A DNA stretch of 64,000 nt. Origin: the human T2T-CHM13v2.0 reference genome, Homo sapiens. The DNA is taken from the NCBI RefSeq assembly GCF_009914755.1, contig NC_060947.1; one strand, written 5' to 3'. Within the stretch, counting starts at the first letter, position 1. Each line of letters opens with the position of its first letter. The notes under the pieces were generated by a model. The model made no database searches, was not told the origin of the DNA, and worked only from the letters and a program-made list of their open reading frames with translations. This document shows positions 1 through 14,289 of the stretch, piece by piece. The position numbers and the translations under genes are program-made.

Positions 1-286
<286 letters not shown>

Positions 287-480
287 AACATTTACAGAAA
301 TCACGTGAAACATTAACCAAAATAGAACAATATGCTGGGACATAAACCAATCTCAATAAATGAAGGGCAGAAATCATACATTGTAAATTCTCTGACTACA
401 ATGGATTAAGCGAGAAATTGGTAACAGAAATATAACCAGGAAAAATAAGCAAAAACTTACAGTTGACAAAAAGCATTTGG
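287..480 (+). mobile_element. Old L1 (L1M) ORF2 endonuclease-region fragment
   Basis: aacattaaccaaaatagaacaatatgctgggacataaa...ttctctgactacaatggattaa resembles the L1 ORF2 FSKIDHILGHK...SDHNGIKLEI segment. Confidence 0.7.
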
Positions 481-744
481 ATCCCTGATGATTCTGCCAT
501 GGGCCAGAATAAGGCTGAAGCTGGCTGAGTGATACATGTGGGTCATCATTCTTCTTGCCTGAAAAATAAAAGTAGAGTTCCTGAGACGAGACTCGTGGGT
601 AGCATGATGAGATATGTGCTCCCAGAGCCGCCTGCAAAGAGCAGACTCCCTACCTGGCACCATTAGGTAGCTTTCTGTTGTTACTATCTGGAAAGAATTG
701 GGAGGAAAGTGATGAATGTCTTACCCATATAGAAGAGCCCTCTA

Positions 745-940
745 CATTCTGAAATATTTACAAATGAAGTGAGGTTTACTTCAAAACTTAATGGGAGGGA
801 GGTCTAAATGGGGACATAGATGAAACAAGATAGGCCATGAATTGGTAATGATGAAGCAGAGTGTTGGGTGTGCAGGGAATCATTACACTCTTCTATTTGG
901 TACATGTTTTACATTTTTCCATAATAAAAATATGTTTTAA
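745..940 (+). mobile_element. L1ME/L1MC-type 3' end fragment
   Basis: gaaatatttacaaatgaa...gatgaaacaagataggccatgaattggtaat...tttttccataataaaa is typical of an old L1 3'UTR end. Confidence 0.6.
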
Positions 941-3719
941 AGAATGGGAAAAAGCAAAGAATTGATATGGCTACCTGTTTTCAACCATGGGGATGATATG
1001 TATCTTTTAAACACTGACCTGGGAAGAAGGCAAATGAGAAGGGACAGTTCCCTTCTTCCCTTTTCCACGTGCAGAAACATAACCCACAGGAGGATGATTG
1101 GAGAGCAATGGAAAGATATCCGCTGGTTCTAGATGAGAATGTATGGGTTGCACTGTGGATGAGATTGGTTTCTAATTGATTTAGAAATTGATTCCAGGGT
1201 CAGTGGTTTTAGAGGATGCACCAGAAATAACTTGCATAGTGAAGCTTTGTGTAATAATCACTCTTTTGACATTTTCTCCTTTCCAGTTTTTATTTTTAAG
1301 TGTATATAAAATTTCTCAGCCATAAACCTAATGTTTTTTTTCTTCTTGCATCTGGTGCTCATGGTACTTAAAAGGCCAATTTTCTATTTTTAGCTTTTGT
1401 GGGTTTGAGCAATACTTCCAAGTTCAAAGGATAAAGATTGCTCATTAACATTTTTTTAGAGGATGAGGTAATTTCACAAACCAGGCTATGAAGATCAGCG
1501 AAGTATGGAATCTGATGAAACTGAATATCAACTCTAGTAAGGGGGAGCAATTCAACAGAATTATACACAATTGTGGTGACATTGATATGATATATTTTAT
1601 TAACCTCTTATGAACTGCATGAACTATTGGAGCATGTATATAACATATGGACCATGCCTTAATAAGCACAATGTTGGAGGCATTAGCCAAAAGCAAAATA
1701 ATGGAGATTTCCCCACTTGTATTTGTGAAACCAAGAGATGCATTAAGCTTAGTGGCTGTATTAAAACAGTCTTCTATTTATTCATGCCCTCATCCATTTG
1801 ATAAATGTTCATGAAGTCTCCATTAGTGGGCCAGCCGCTGTATTTTTCAAATTAATGTCCAATTTGCAAATGTCTCTGATACCCTTCCTTGGACCCTAAA
1901 AATATTAGTAAGGGGAGTAAAATTTCACCCATAAAAAAAACAATGTTAAGATTCAACTTAGAAGTGAAGCAATCTACTACATTTGCTGCCTGCTGTCCCA
2001 ATTGAACTCCACAGTAGGTTCACTGGGAAGGATATATTGTAGGCTGCCGTTACAGAAATCACGACCTAAAAGTTCCACAAACTCTGAAATATGGCTAACA
2101 AGTCCCATCAGGATGCGTTTCTGGTGTATCATCTCTCCAAACTACCCACCCCCACCATCCGTAGCTTTCTATACTTCACTTGGATCACAGAATGTATTAT
2201 TCTCTTCCTCAACCCCTAGACTTCACACATACTGCTTGCAATACTTTTCCCACTTTCTTCTTCTCATCTTCCCCTCTTCATCCTTCATCTGGGTAGCAGA
2301 TCCTTAAAAACATCTTGACCCGTCACTTTTGATTATCAGAATAATTTCCACTCAGCTTAAATATTCAATCCTCTTTGTTCTAGAATTTCAATCTCAAGGT
2401 CAATTTAAAACTCATTCCTCTATTCCAGTGCAGACTTGGAATGGAGGATGGCACGTGGTCTGCTTTTTATACACATTCTCTTTCTCTCTGTTGAAGGGAT
2501 TAACTTCTCCATGTGTTAGGGCAGATGAAGAGTGAAGGAAAACAGCAAATGTCCCTTTTCTTTACTGAAGAAGTTGGCATTCCTCTTATTAGATTTCCCC
2601 TGCTTCTCTTGCTAACACTGGCAGACCAACACAGATGCCCAATTTCATGAGGCTTCCAATACCTGAGTCTCATGGAGCACATACATGAGTCCTTCAGAGG
2701 ACCAGATTGGGTCTTCCCCACTGCGTTTCTTTCCTACCCTTGGCTACTAGTCTTCACCTGGACCATGTTCACTCCCACCCATCACCTCCAGAAAGACAAT
2801 CTACCCCTTAGCTTCTTTCTTCAGGGTATCCCTTTGGGAAGGAAATGTGTTACTAGCAACATGGCTCAAGCCCACTTACCTTCCCAGATGCCCACTCCAT
2901 CCTCAGGAAGCTCTCAGATCCTCCTTATTCCAAATGGTGGGTAGACAGCTGGGTCTGCTGCCAGCTCCTTGCTTAGCCCTGTCACCTTTTGCCTGTTCTC
3001 ATTGTCCTTGTTCAGGGAAGCCAGGGACAAGTTGACAAGTCCAATGACTAAGCTAAAATCCAACCAGAAGATGAAAGGTAAGTCCATCTTTACTGTCAAC
3101 ACTTGTGTACAAGTGATTCTCTTGGCTTCGATGCACAAAGAGGAGAGAAACTAGCCCCTCCTCTGAACACTGCACTAACCCAAAAGGCCTCTGACATCTC
3201 CCACTCTTGGTCATCTTATGCAGACTTGGGGGACAGGGTGGGTGTGAGCTGAAGCTCCTCAGCAAGCCCTGAGGTGGCTGTCCCTAACCTATGAAAACTC
3301 CTTGACTTTAGAATGTAGGGTGCTTGGTGTCTTGTCTTCAAAATGGACACTAGCAAGAATCTGTGCTATCAGGAAAAATCTCCCTGGACTTCATAAAGAT
3401 AAGTGCCCTTCACAAGTGCTTCCAGAGCCCCTGTGCTGCTTAGATCTGAACCCCATTACATTGTGTGGCTCTTGCTTGCTGGATTATCCATTGCCCCCTG
3501 CATTAGCCACCCTTGGGCTTTCTGGCCCATCCTGGAGTCCAACTCAGTGCCCACCACATAGTGAATGCTGAAGAAGTATATTTTGACAAGATCAGCCAGG
3601 TAAGTTTAGTGTGAGAAGGTTTTAAGAAAAAGAAAATGGTTTTAAAGGATTTGAAAGAGAAGATTTATCTGTTTTCTTGAAAAGAATGGACGATATTCCA
3701 AATAAGGGAAATAACTTGA

Positions 3720-4718
3720 TGTGGGCGAAGGATTACCCAGGTGCCGAGGCAAGAGACTGAAGGCACAAACTGTTTCAGTATAATAAAGAAAATAGTTAGA
3801 ATAAGAATAGTTATAATACAAATTAGATATAGAGATGATCATGGCCATTATCAATAGTTAGTATAAACATTATAAATCATTCGCTTTTAATATGTATAAA
3901 CATTATAAATCATTCGCTTTTAATAGTACTCTTTGTTGTATTACTAATATAACCAAAGAATAACTGGCGGGTATAGGGTCAGATGCTGAAGGGACATTGT
4001 GAGAATTGACCTAGAAGGCAAGAGGTGAGCCCTCTGTCACGACCACATAAGGGCCGCTTGAGGGCTCCTTGGTCAAGTGGTAACGTCAGTGCCTGGGAAG
4101 GCACCTGTTACTTAGCAGACCGCAAAAAGGAGTCTCCCTTTCCTTGGAGGAGTCAGGGAACACTCTGCTCCACCAGCTTCTTGTGGAAGGCTCGATATTA
4201 TCCAGGCCTGCCCGCAGTCATCCGGAGGCCTAAACCCCTCTCTGTGGTGCCGTGCTTCAATGGTCACGCTCCTTGTCCACTTTCATGTTCCTCCCGTACT
4301 CCTGGTTCCTCTTTGAAGTTCTTAGAAGATAACGGTAGAAGAAATAGTGAAAGTCTTAAAGTCTTTGATCTTTCTGATAAGTACATAGAAGAAAACGCTG
4401 ACGTATGCTGCCTTCCCTCTCTGCTTCGGCTACCTGAAAGGGAAGGGCCCCCTGTCCCATGATCACGTGAGTTGCTTGACCTTATCAATCACTTGGATGA
4501 CTCACCCCCCTTACCTTGCCTCGTTGTCTTGTATGCAATAAATATCAGCGCACCCAGCTATTAGGGGCCACTACCGGTCTCCGCGTCTTGGTGGTGGTGG
4601 TCCCCTGGGCCCAGCTGTTTTTCCTTTATCTCTTTGTCTTGCGTCTTTATTTCTTAGGATCTCTTGTCTCCGCGCACGGGGAGAACACCCGCTAAGCCCC
4701 GTAGGGCTGGACTCTACA
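3720..4718 (+). mobile_element. LTR13-family solo LTR (ERVK/HML-4 class), full length
   Basis: Starts TGTGGGCGAAGGATTACCCAGGTGCCGAGGCAAGAG and ends GGGCTGGACTCTACA (999 bp). 5-bp TSD CTTGA at 3715-3719 and 4719-4723. AATAAA at 4537-4542. Many CpGs are retained. Confidence 0.85.
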
Positions 4719-5919
4719 CTTGAGAGGTAGGTGTACACGTAGGAAAATTCTGTGCCTATGAATAGAGTTAGATTGATTTAAATGGAACGAAATCGTGATC
4801 AAGCACTGTACCAATAAATGAAAAGTTGCTTTATAGACAATATAGTTTAATATATTAACTTGTGATTTTGTAGAATTATCTGCCTTTATTGTACATTTCC
4901 AGTGAACATTGAGTAAGCTGTCAATATCAAGACATATGGCCTCAATTGTTACAGTGGGACTAATTTCAGCTCACCTCCAGAGTTTTTAGAACAGAGTCTG
5001 CAGGCAGAGATAGACAAAGAGTATTGCATCATGTCATCTTATTCCTTGCAGCTATTGATGCAGTCAAGGTTTGCTGAACAATACAATCTCCTCTTTAAAG
5101 TTACTATTGATCCCTTCCAGTAACTCAATATGTGCTCAGCAAATTCTGAAATCATTTAGGGCTATAAAGATAATCATGGAATAAACAAAGTTTGAATGCC
5201 CTGACCGTAGTTTATAAATGCCTGATTAAAAGCAATACTGTTGTTGCCCTGTTCAGTGTTACATGTCTAGGGTCCTTTTGTAAGTGCTCCAGACCAAATG
5301 TAACTTACCTATAGTGGATAAGCATTTGTAAGTTACTCTTGCAGATATTTTCCCAGAGTTAAGGAAAACGTGTATGTTTTGAACTACATATAATTGAAAC
5401 CGAAGGGTAAAGCTGATTTTCTGGATCACCTGTCACCACAAGAAATTCTCTTCTTGGATCACCATGCAGTTTGAGTCTTTTTGAACTTTATGTAATCAGT
5501 GGACTGTTTCATGACTGTTCTGAGAAATGGCAAGGCTTGAGTGTAGACTTGTTGGATTAATGGTGTCTGCTCTCGGAAGGTTGCCAAGTGGTGTTCCACT
5601 AGAAACAGAGTTTTCTGTTAGACCTGTCCTTGACTGGTTGTGGTTGATGGTGACCTGAAGAAATTGGGTTAATTGAAGAATCTGGTTCACATCATTTCTG
5701 TTTTCTAACTGCCGTTCTCTCTATAACACTTTTGGAGTGAGAATTTGAGCTAACATTCCATACAGCCTTGAGTTTTCCCTTGGTGTTTCCTTCAATCCTT
5801 TTTTCTTAAAAATCCTAAAAAAACTTTTACATAATTTTCCTAAGTATTTCATATCACCACTGCATAGTTTTTCCCATCTGGCCTATGTACACATTCTGTC
5901 ATGAGGCAGTTACAAATGA

Positions 5920-6344
<425 letters not shown>

Positions 6345-6584
6345 TGAAAACACTTTGGATAGCAAATATTCATATAGAGGAAGTTTACATTCTAGTATTT
6401 TAAATGGCAAAAATAATGTATTCTCAGCTCATCCAAAAGCCACAACCAATTTTCTCAAATATTACTAAAATATTCTTAAACCCACATGTAACCATCCATC
6501 AAGGATTTAAACATAATGGAAAACACTTAAAACACCTACTGCTCTACCTAATTATTTGTGTGCAGTACTGGCCATTATATGGTG

Positions 6585-6765
6585 GAACAAGGATTTTCCA
6601 TTTTTGGCATGCATCAGAATCAATTGAGGAGTTTGTTAAAGAGCAGATCCTGGGACCCAGAGTTTCAGAGAAAGGAGGTCTGGAGTAGGGACCAAGAGTT
6701 AGCATCTCTAACACATTCCTGCTGATGCTGATCCTGCTAGTTCAGGACACTGAGAGATGGACTGC
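6585..6765. mobile_element. MER5-type hAT-Charlie MITE
   Basis: gcatcagaatca...tttgttaaa...cagatcctgggaccc...ggtctggagtaggg...gcatctctaaca...gatgctgatcctgct pattern. Confidence 0.65.
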
Positions 6766-7389
6766 TGTAGAGTGTATGAATTTCATCTTTCTTCTACATT
6801 CAGCGAGTATTACAAAACATAAATAACCGTAGTGGAAGTAATATGTTCAAGATACTACAAAGGATGAATGCAGATTATACTCAGAAGAATGAAATGAAAT
6901 AATATGGCAATTTTCAAATAATGGTTATTGATTAATGGGAGAATTGCCCCAGCAGAGTTCGGTGACCACTGGAAGCTTCAGTCGCAGTTGGGGTTTGAGG
7001 GTAAGTAAAAGAATGAGTGGAACAGCAGATGCCTCACATCCTCCAAGTCCAAATGCAGAGAACTGAAAGGGAGCTTTATTGGCATGCAAGACTCTGGAAG
7101 TGGTGTGACCCTGAACCATCATCTGAAGTTATAGATGAAACAGTGTGAGGAGCACAAAAGCTCTCAAAACGGACATCTGTTTGTGTTCTCTTTGCTTAAT
7201 ATTATACACCGCTGATAGCATAAGACACAGCTTGTCATTGCATTTCTGGAATGTGGTTTTTCCTTTGATGTCATGATCATACTCACTTGCTATAGCAATG
7301 GTTTTGTGGGTATGATCTAGAATTTCTTCTGAAAATTCTGCATTGAGTATTCACAGCTTCTCTTCTTCCCTTTCCCCAAGTGATGATGA

Positions 7390-7741
<352 letters not shown>

Positions 7742-8039
7742 TGAGAAGACATTTTCACTTAACAATTGGGAATGCTGATCTGGATGTTGATGATGTACAT
7801 CTAGACAACATGTATCCCTATCATGCAGTACCTGAGATGGGCCTGCAACACAATCTGCATCCTCTTACCTGGGTTCGCTTGCAACTTAAACAGATTTTCT
7901 GGCATTCACTTGCTGATTTGCAATAGCAGATTTTTATTTCAAATATTAAATCTGGAATAAAAATAATTGCAAGTTGTTATAGTGAGCAGTTAGGGAGTGA
8001 GAATTCAAATAATGAAGGATACCTGGATAAATAAAAACT

Positions 8040-8275
8040 TTACTGTCATAGGCCTGGGTACCTGGGCATATAGTGATCAACACAATAAATATGAAGCTGC
8101 CTTCATGACCTTATAGCTAGTGAGAGAGAGACAATAAACAGGCAAATGAATGAAATGTGTATTGGTACAAAATATGATACAGACTGAGAAAGGAAAATAA
8201 GAAGATGCTGTTAGAGACAATAACGTAGGAATGGGGAATGAGAGGGGACCCCCTCTGAGAAGGCAACATTTTGTC
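8040..8275 (-). mobile_element. L2 3' fragment
   Basis: ctgccttcatgaccttatagctagtgagagagagacaataaaca...ctctgagaaggcaacattt is typical of reverse L2. Confidence 0.55.
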
Positions 8276-8993
8276 TCTGTTTATTTACGAAACATTTCGT
8301 CTTGAGTTTTCTACGGAAATGTTCAAAATACAAACAAGTACCAAGAAGAAAATAACCACCACCCACATTTCTACCTTCTGGAAATAACCTTAACATTTTG
8401 GCATTGCTTCTCCCAATCAAAGTTGTAATGGATACCTCAGAGTAGCCTGGCTCAATCTAGTTACTGTGGCTATGGAGTAAAGGGAAGTGATGGAAAGTAT
8501 TTTTTAAAAATACCTATACTCAGGCCCTACTCTACACCAATTGAACCAGATCCTATGTGCATGGGTACTTTTTTTAACATGCCCAGGTGATTCCAGAGCA
8601 CAGTGTTGTTGAGGTACTGCCTTAAGGACTTTCCCTTCCACTCATTTGGTCAGCTGAGGGCCAAGGGAGTCAGCTTTTATGTCTATAGAAGACCTAACCC
8701 TTCAGAGCTAGTGGGCAGAGGCTCCAAAGTACAAAGCACTTCCATAGAGAATGTGGGAAGAGCCATCCAGAGACAAATATCTCCAACTAGGGATGGAGGT
8801 CTCAGCTGCTGCTGCCCTCACTGGTGATACTGTGCTGCAGGTCATCTGGGAGATAGGAAGGTGCCAAAGTTTAGAAGGCAGACACTTCATTCTTTCTTTC
8901 ATAAGCTTTATTAAAGATGTCCAATTTTATAGCCGAGAAAGAAAAATTTATTGATTCTACTTTCACAATGCAGCAGATTAAACGCTACCCATA

Positions 8994-9355
8994 TGTCTTA
9001 GTCAGCTCAGGCTGCTATAACAAAATACCATAGACTAAGTGGCTTAAACAACAGACATTTATTTTTCAAAGTGCTGGAGGCTGGGAGTCTGAGATCAAGG
9101 TGCCAGTGACTCAGTTCCTGGTGAGAGCCCACTTCCTGGCTTGCAGATGGCTATCTTCTTGCTGTATCCTCACATGACAGAGAGAGGAAACTCTGGAGAC
9201 TCTTCTTCTTGTAAGGGTCCTAATCCCATCATGGGGGCCCCACCCTCATGACCTCATCTAAACCTAATTACCTCCCAAAGGTACTAATACTGTCACACTG
9301 GAGGTTAGGGTTTCAATACGTGGATTTGGAGGAAGGGCACATTCAGTCCGTGGCA
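8994..9355 (-). mobile_element. MLT1A/MLT1A0 MaLR solo LTR
   Basis: tgtcttagtcagctcaggctgctataacaaaataccatagact ... acattcagtccgtggca (~360 bp). Near-TSD ccata/cccta. Confidence 0.8.
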
Positions 9356-9449
9356 CCCTACAATGTCCTGAGAATCTGAATTGAAATTATTAGAAGTGGT
9401 AGGAAACCTTATCTCTGGAGTCTTTGGCTAAAAATTGCAGGGGATTGCT

Positions 9450-10079
9450 ATGATAAGGAGAATGTCTCCCCAAAAATGTCCATGCCCTAATCCCTAGAAC
9501 CTGTGAATACATTATATTACATGGCAAAAGGGGCTTTTCAGATGTGTTTGAGGCTGTGAGCCTTAAAATAGAGAGATTAGCCTAGATTATCTGGGGTCGG
9601 GATGGGGTGGCAATCTAATCACATGAGCCCTTAAAACCAGAGAAACTTCTCTGGCTGGGGGCAGAAGAGATGTGATGTGACAAAAACGGAAGTCAGAGAC
9701 TTGAAGCATGAAAACGGCTCTATGCACCATCACCAGAACGAAGATGAAGGAGGCAACATGATGAGGAACAGCCTCAAGGAGATGAGAAAGGTTAGATTGC
9801 AGCCCGGGGGGAAGAAAAAAAAAAAACCAAACACCTCTACAACAGCAAAAAACTGAGTTCTACCAATAACCTGAGTGATCTCGGAAGTGGATTTTTTCCC
9901 CAGAGCCTCCAAAAAAGAGCTCAAGTCAGCTGCCACCTGGATTTCAGCCTCATAAGGCCTAGAACAGTGACGCCCACCTGGACTTCTCACCCACAGAACT
10001 ATGAGATGATAAACTTGTCTTGTTTTAAACTGCCCAAATTTGTGGTGATTTTTAAGGTAGCAGTAGAAAACGAATATAA
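9450..10079 (+). mobile_element. MLT1D/MLT1E-type MaLR LTR
   Basis: ccccaaaaatgtccatgccctaatccctagaacctgtgaata ... gcagtagaaaacgaatata. Confidence 0.75.
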
Positions 10080-10634
10080 CTGCCAAGGCAATTTTGAGCT
10101 ATTACCCCACTGATAAACAATTTTAGTGACATTGACTTCGATTGTTAAACACAAACCATAAGCTGAGAGATGAGTGACCTGGCGAGTTTTGGTGGTCAAT
10201 TTGCTCCTGGAACATTTACCCTGACTTGGATAATGTTGTTTTCTAAAAGGTCCTGAAACACTATAAAGGAAAATGTTGATGGATTTCAGAAATTATTGTG
10301 TCTGGCTAGCCATGTTTTAAAAATATGACAAAGCTATGAGTATTGCAAAAAAAAAAAAAGGTTGAAAGGAAATGCATGAATTTAGAAAAGAGATTTTACC
10401 ATCATCAAGATAATTTTATCCTATAATAAACCTACAAGAACAGTAGGAACTTTGGGGCAATTTATCTTGTTCCTTGCTCGTGGATGTTGTGCTAAGCAGC
10501 TGGACACATCCCCAGTCTTTATGGTCTTCTCAATTTCTCAGCATCAGATTTCTAGCTGCTAGCCAGTGGTCCTGTTAGGAAATGCCTGCATTCTGAAATC
10601 ACAACATGATGCTTTCAAAGACTTCCTTCTGGGC

Positions 10635-11130
10635 ATATTTTATTAGCTCCAACAACAGAAACCAACTCTACTTACCTTAGAGAGAAAATGAATTTATGGC
10701 AATGTATCGAATAGCTCACAGAATTAACAGGAAGGTTAGAGAATCAGCTGTGAAAATGGGCAGGAAACAAAGGAAGCCAGGCAGTTGTATCCACTGCCAA
10801 AATTACATCATAGAAAGAGTCTATTAAAGAAGCTGCCTCTGAGCCATGGATGCTACCCCTGGCTCTGTCACCTTTGGATGCCAGCTACTGTGGATAAAGC
10901 TGCTAAGAATTCTAAACTGTTCCCTATTTCTTTCTCCAGATCTGAAATCCTGAGTGAAAGGATGCAATTTTTCTCAGCTTATATAATATGCAAAAAAAAA
11001 AAATCTAGGCCCGAAAGGGTGGGAAAATCACATATTTTAGTTTCTCTAGTAGGCGTCAGGACTCTTCTCACCTCCAAAACTTACACTGTGGATCATTCCC
11101 AGACATAGAAAAAGGTGCAACGTTTATTGA
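10635..11130 (-). mobile_element. Old MLT1-family LTR (degenerate)
   Basis: aacaacagaaaccaactcta...aatttatggcaatgtatcgaatagctcacagaatt resembles the reverse 3' end of old MLT1 LTRs. Confidence 0.45.
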
Positions 11131-12154
11131 ACTCTCTACCCCTTTGGCTGGTCAACACCCCTGAAGATTCATCTTCTCATATATGCAATGTTCCCACTTC
11201 AAATAATGCAAACTACCCTATTCCCAAATAAAATAATCCAATATTTCATCAGTTACTTTTTGTAGCTCCTCATCCAAGATGTCTGAAGGATACTATTTCT
11301 GTCACGATCCCTTCTCAACCACCAGCTCACTTATATACAATAGTGGTGTAAAGGAAGATGAAAGAAACAGAAATCACTCAAAATGTGAGAATATGTACAT
11401 GGCACAGCAAGGAAGAAAATCTGAGTAGAGCCTGTAGTCCTAGTTTCTGCTCCTGATAATGAGTTCATTCTGACTTAGTTTCTTTTCACCCAGTTCATTG
11501 CAATTACCTTCAGTCCCATCTTGGCTGGCTGTGGTGATATGCTGGTAAATGTTTAACAATCAGATCTCTAGAAAAAAAAAGATTATATTAATTATAAATT
11601 TTATTAATGTAAAGGATATTTAGTGCAAAATTTACATCATAAAAAACATTTATAATGTTCTTTATTATAAATATTATAAATTCCATAGAGCCAGGTGACT
11701 GTCAAAGATCACTTTTGTTAATTTTTTTTCTCCAACCCATGGTTGCAATTCAACAATGATCTGACAAAACCAGACTGCAAATAAAGGCTTGCCTACTACC
11801 CAATTTGGCCAAAAAATTACTCATATTGTTAACTAATGAGTATAGTCATGACAAGGATATTGGTTGATAATTTTGTTTGCATTAACAAGTAAGATGAAAC
11901 TAAAGAAATGAAGATATATGACCGAACTTCTTTTGTTCATCAATGATATGAGTTACTGCTTTACAGAATCAGATGAGTTTTCAAATATTGAAAGAATATT
12001 TCCTCAAATTTTTGTGCTGTCCACAATTTAATGGCTACAGATAGAACGTGGTTTTAAGTTTAACCTGCATTATTAACATTTTCTCCATTATTTCCTTTAG
12101 ACAATCAACAAAACATATCATGATTTAATTAATTTTAAAAATACCAAAACTAGC

Positions 12155-12464
12155 TTTTTTTGTTTTTTGGAGACAGAGTCTCACTCTGTCACCCAGGCTG
12201 GAGTGCAGTGGCAGGATCTCGGCTCACTGCAACAACGTCCACCTCCCAGGCTCAAGTGATTCTACTGCCTCAGCCTCCTGAGTAGCTGGGATTATAGGCA
12301 CCCGCCACCACGCCTGGCTAATTTTTGTATTTTTAGTAGAGGCGGGGTTTCACCATGTTGGCCATGGTTGGCCAGGCTGGCCTCGAACTCCTGACCTCAG
12401 GTGATCCACCTGCCTCAGCCTTCCAAAGTGCTGGGATTACAGGCCTGAGCCACCGTGCTCAGCC
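12155..12464 (-). mobile_element. AluSx-like element
   Basis: Full reverse Alu with a small internal duplication (ccatgttggccatggttggcc). Degenerate TSD ...agctttt. Confidence 0.93.
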
Positions 12465-12619
12465 TAAAGCAAGCTTTTTGTATTAAAGCTTTACACCTTT
12501 TTCTTGTTGGACTTGAATTTCCATAGAATTTTATGCTAATAAGTATATAATTTTTATAGTTTTATTCGTACTCTATCATACTTCTCAGTGTGTGTGTTTA
12601 TATATAAGTATCAACTGGA

Positions 12620-12770
12620 ATTTTTTTCTTTTTTGTTTCTAGCTTTATTGAGGTATGGCTGACAAATAAGAATGGTATATATATGGTGTACATGTTTTGA
12701 TAAACAGTGTGAAATGGTCATCACAATCAAGCTAATTAACATATCTGTCATCTGACATAATTACCATCAT
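12620..12770 (-). mobile_element. L1MA-type 3' end fragment
   Basis: agctttattgaggtatggctgacaaataag...atcaagctaattaacatatc. Confidence 0.7.
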
Positions 12771-13517
12771 ATTAACTGGAATTTAAAATTTCATCTCTAA
12801 GTGTTAAAAATATTCTTCTGAATTGAGTTATCACTACAGTTATTATTTGCACACAATTGTCAAAAACTGTGCAAGTATAAATGTTGATAAATAATCATTA
12901 AATATAAAAAGCAAATTGAAATTACATTTCTTAGTAATATGGATGGGCTGACTTTTAAAAATTAGCTCATGTATTCATAGATGAATAGGACTTATTGCTG
13001 GAATGAGGCAGGGTTCAGCAACAATTCAGCAATTTATTCCTATTTTTATCGTGCCAGTTCCAGGAATAGCCCTTAAATGGCTAGGCAGTTCCTGCTTCTA
13101 GACTCTTGGAAGGCAGGTGCCTTATTTTTATATTTTATTTTGATATGGCTTTGATATTGCCCTATTTTGATATTACTGGCACATTATTATAGACATAAGC
13201 ACCGAGAAACCTTGCTTTTGCAAGTATGTATACAGGAAGGGAGGAGTTTTGCTATGCAAATATCACTCAATTTCTTGAACTCTTGCTGAGTATATGCTAA
13301 ATGTTACATAATCTATCAACCAAAAATTATTTTTAATGATGTATCAGCTCCCAGCTCAAAGGTTTTTCAATTTTGTTGAAAACAAAGACTTAGAATTATA
13401 TGACTTGAGATATTCTTTGCATCATTTAGTTTCTCCATTTATGAAGCACACCAAAAAGACATTACTAACCATACAACTATTAATTTTGCTTGTTCTTCTT
13501 TCTCCAACAGGCACCAT

Positions 13518-13525
13518 TTTTTTTC

Positions 13526-13556
<31 letters not shown>

Positions 13557-13681
13557 TTTTTGGTAGAGACAGGGTCTTACTATGTTGACCAGGTGGATCT
13601 TGAACTTCTGGCCTCAAGCAATCCTCCTGCCTCAACGTCCCAAACTGCTGGGATTATAAGCATGAGCCACCATACCTGGTC
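13518..13681 (-). mobile_element. FLAM_C / free left Alu monomer with long poly-T tail
   Basis: A single monomer, gtagagacagggtcttactatgttg...gagccaccatacctggtc. TSD-like tctc(c)aacaggca on both sides. Confidence 0.85.
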
Positions 13682-13949
13682 TCTCAACAGGCATGTTGTT
13701 TAGCCTGATGTACTTAGAGAAGTTAGCACAAGTTTTTTTCATTAAGTATTTGTCACTACATTATTATTTCTAAAGTACTTTCATTTCAACACATGCTTTA
13801 ATTCTATTTTCATTAAAAGCTTGGAAGTGCAGCTTTAGCTCATTCAAGATGCCTGCCATATACTGCAATCTAAAAAAGCCCATCCTCATTGTCAAACCAA
13901 TTAGTCAAATAAGAGTTGCCTCTCTGTCATGTGACATCTTATATTCTAG

Positions 13950-14268
13950 AGCCTCTCCTTGAGACTTGGGCTTCTTACAGCATGGTGGTCTCAGAGCAGT
14001 TTCTCTTCTTATAGGGTGGTGGTTTTCCAAGAGTCAGGAAACATAAACTGCCTGGCCAGTTAAGGGTTACACCTGGAACTGACACCATGTCATTTCTATC
14101 CTACTCTATTGATCAAAGCAATCATAGGGCCTTCTCAGATTCAAGAGGGTGGAGAAATAGACTCCACTGAGGGAGGGAGTCTCTGAGGGAGTCTCAAAGT
14201 CACATTCAGAACACCATCAAGATGGTAGATATCATTGCCACCATCTTTGGAAACTACAATCTGCCATA
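13950..14268 (-). mobile_element. MLT1H/G-type MaLR LTR (5' part)
   Basis: Reverse complement begins tatggcagattgtagtttccaaagatggtggcaatgatatct. Confidence 0.65.
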
Positions 14269-14289
14269 AACAGTTTCTGAGAATGTTTC

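Larger units (their letters stand above)
11530..13000. mobile_element. MER63-family (hAT-Blackjack) DNA transposon remnant, interrupted by an Alu and an L1 fragment
   Basis: Terminus ggtgatatgctggtaaatgtttaacaa...ctctagaaaaaaaaa matches the recalled MER63 end. AT-rich interior. Right boundary uncertain. Confidence 0.5.

Noticed and set aside
4025-4462. 145-aa ORF
   Set aside because: Lies wholly within the LTR13 LTR, starts at GTG and shows no protein-family resemblance.
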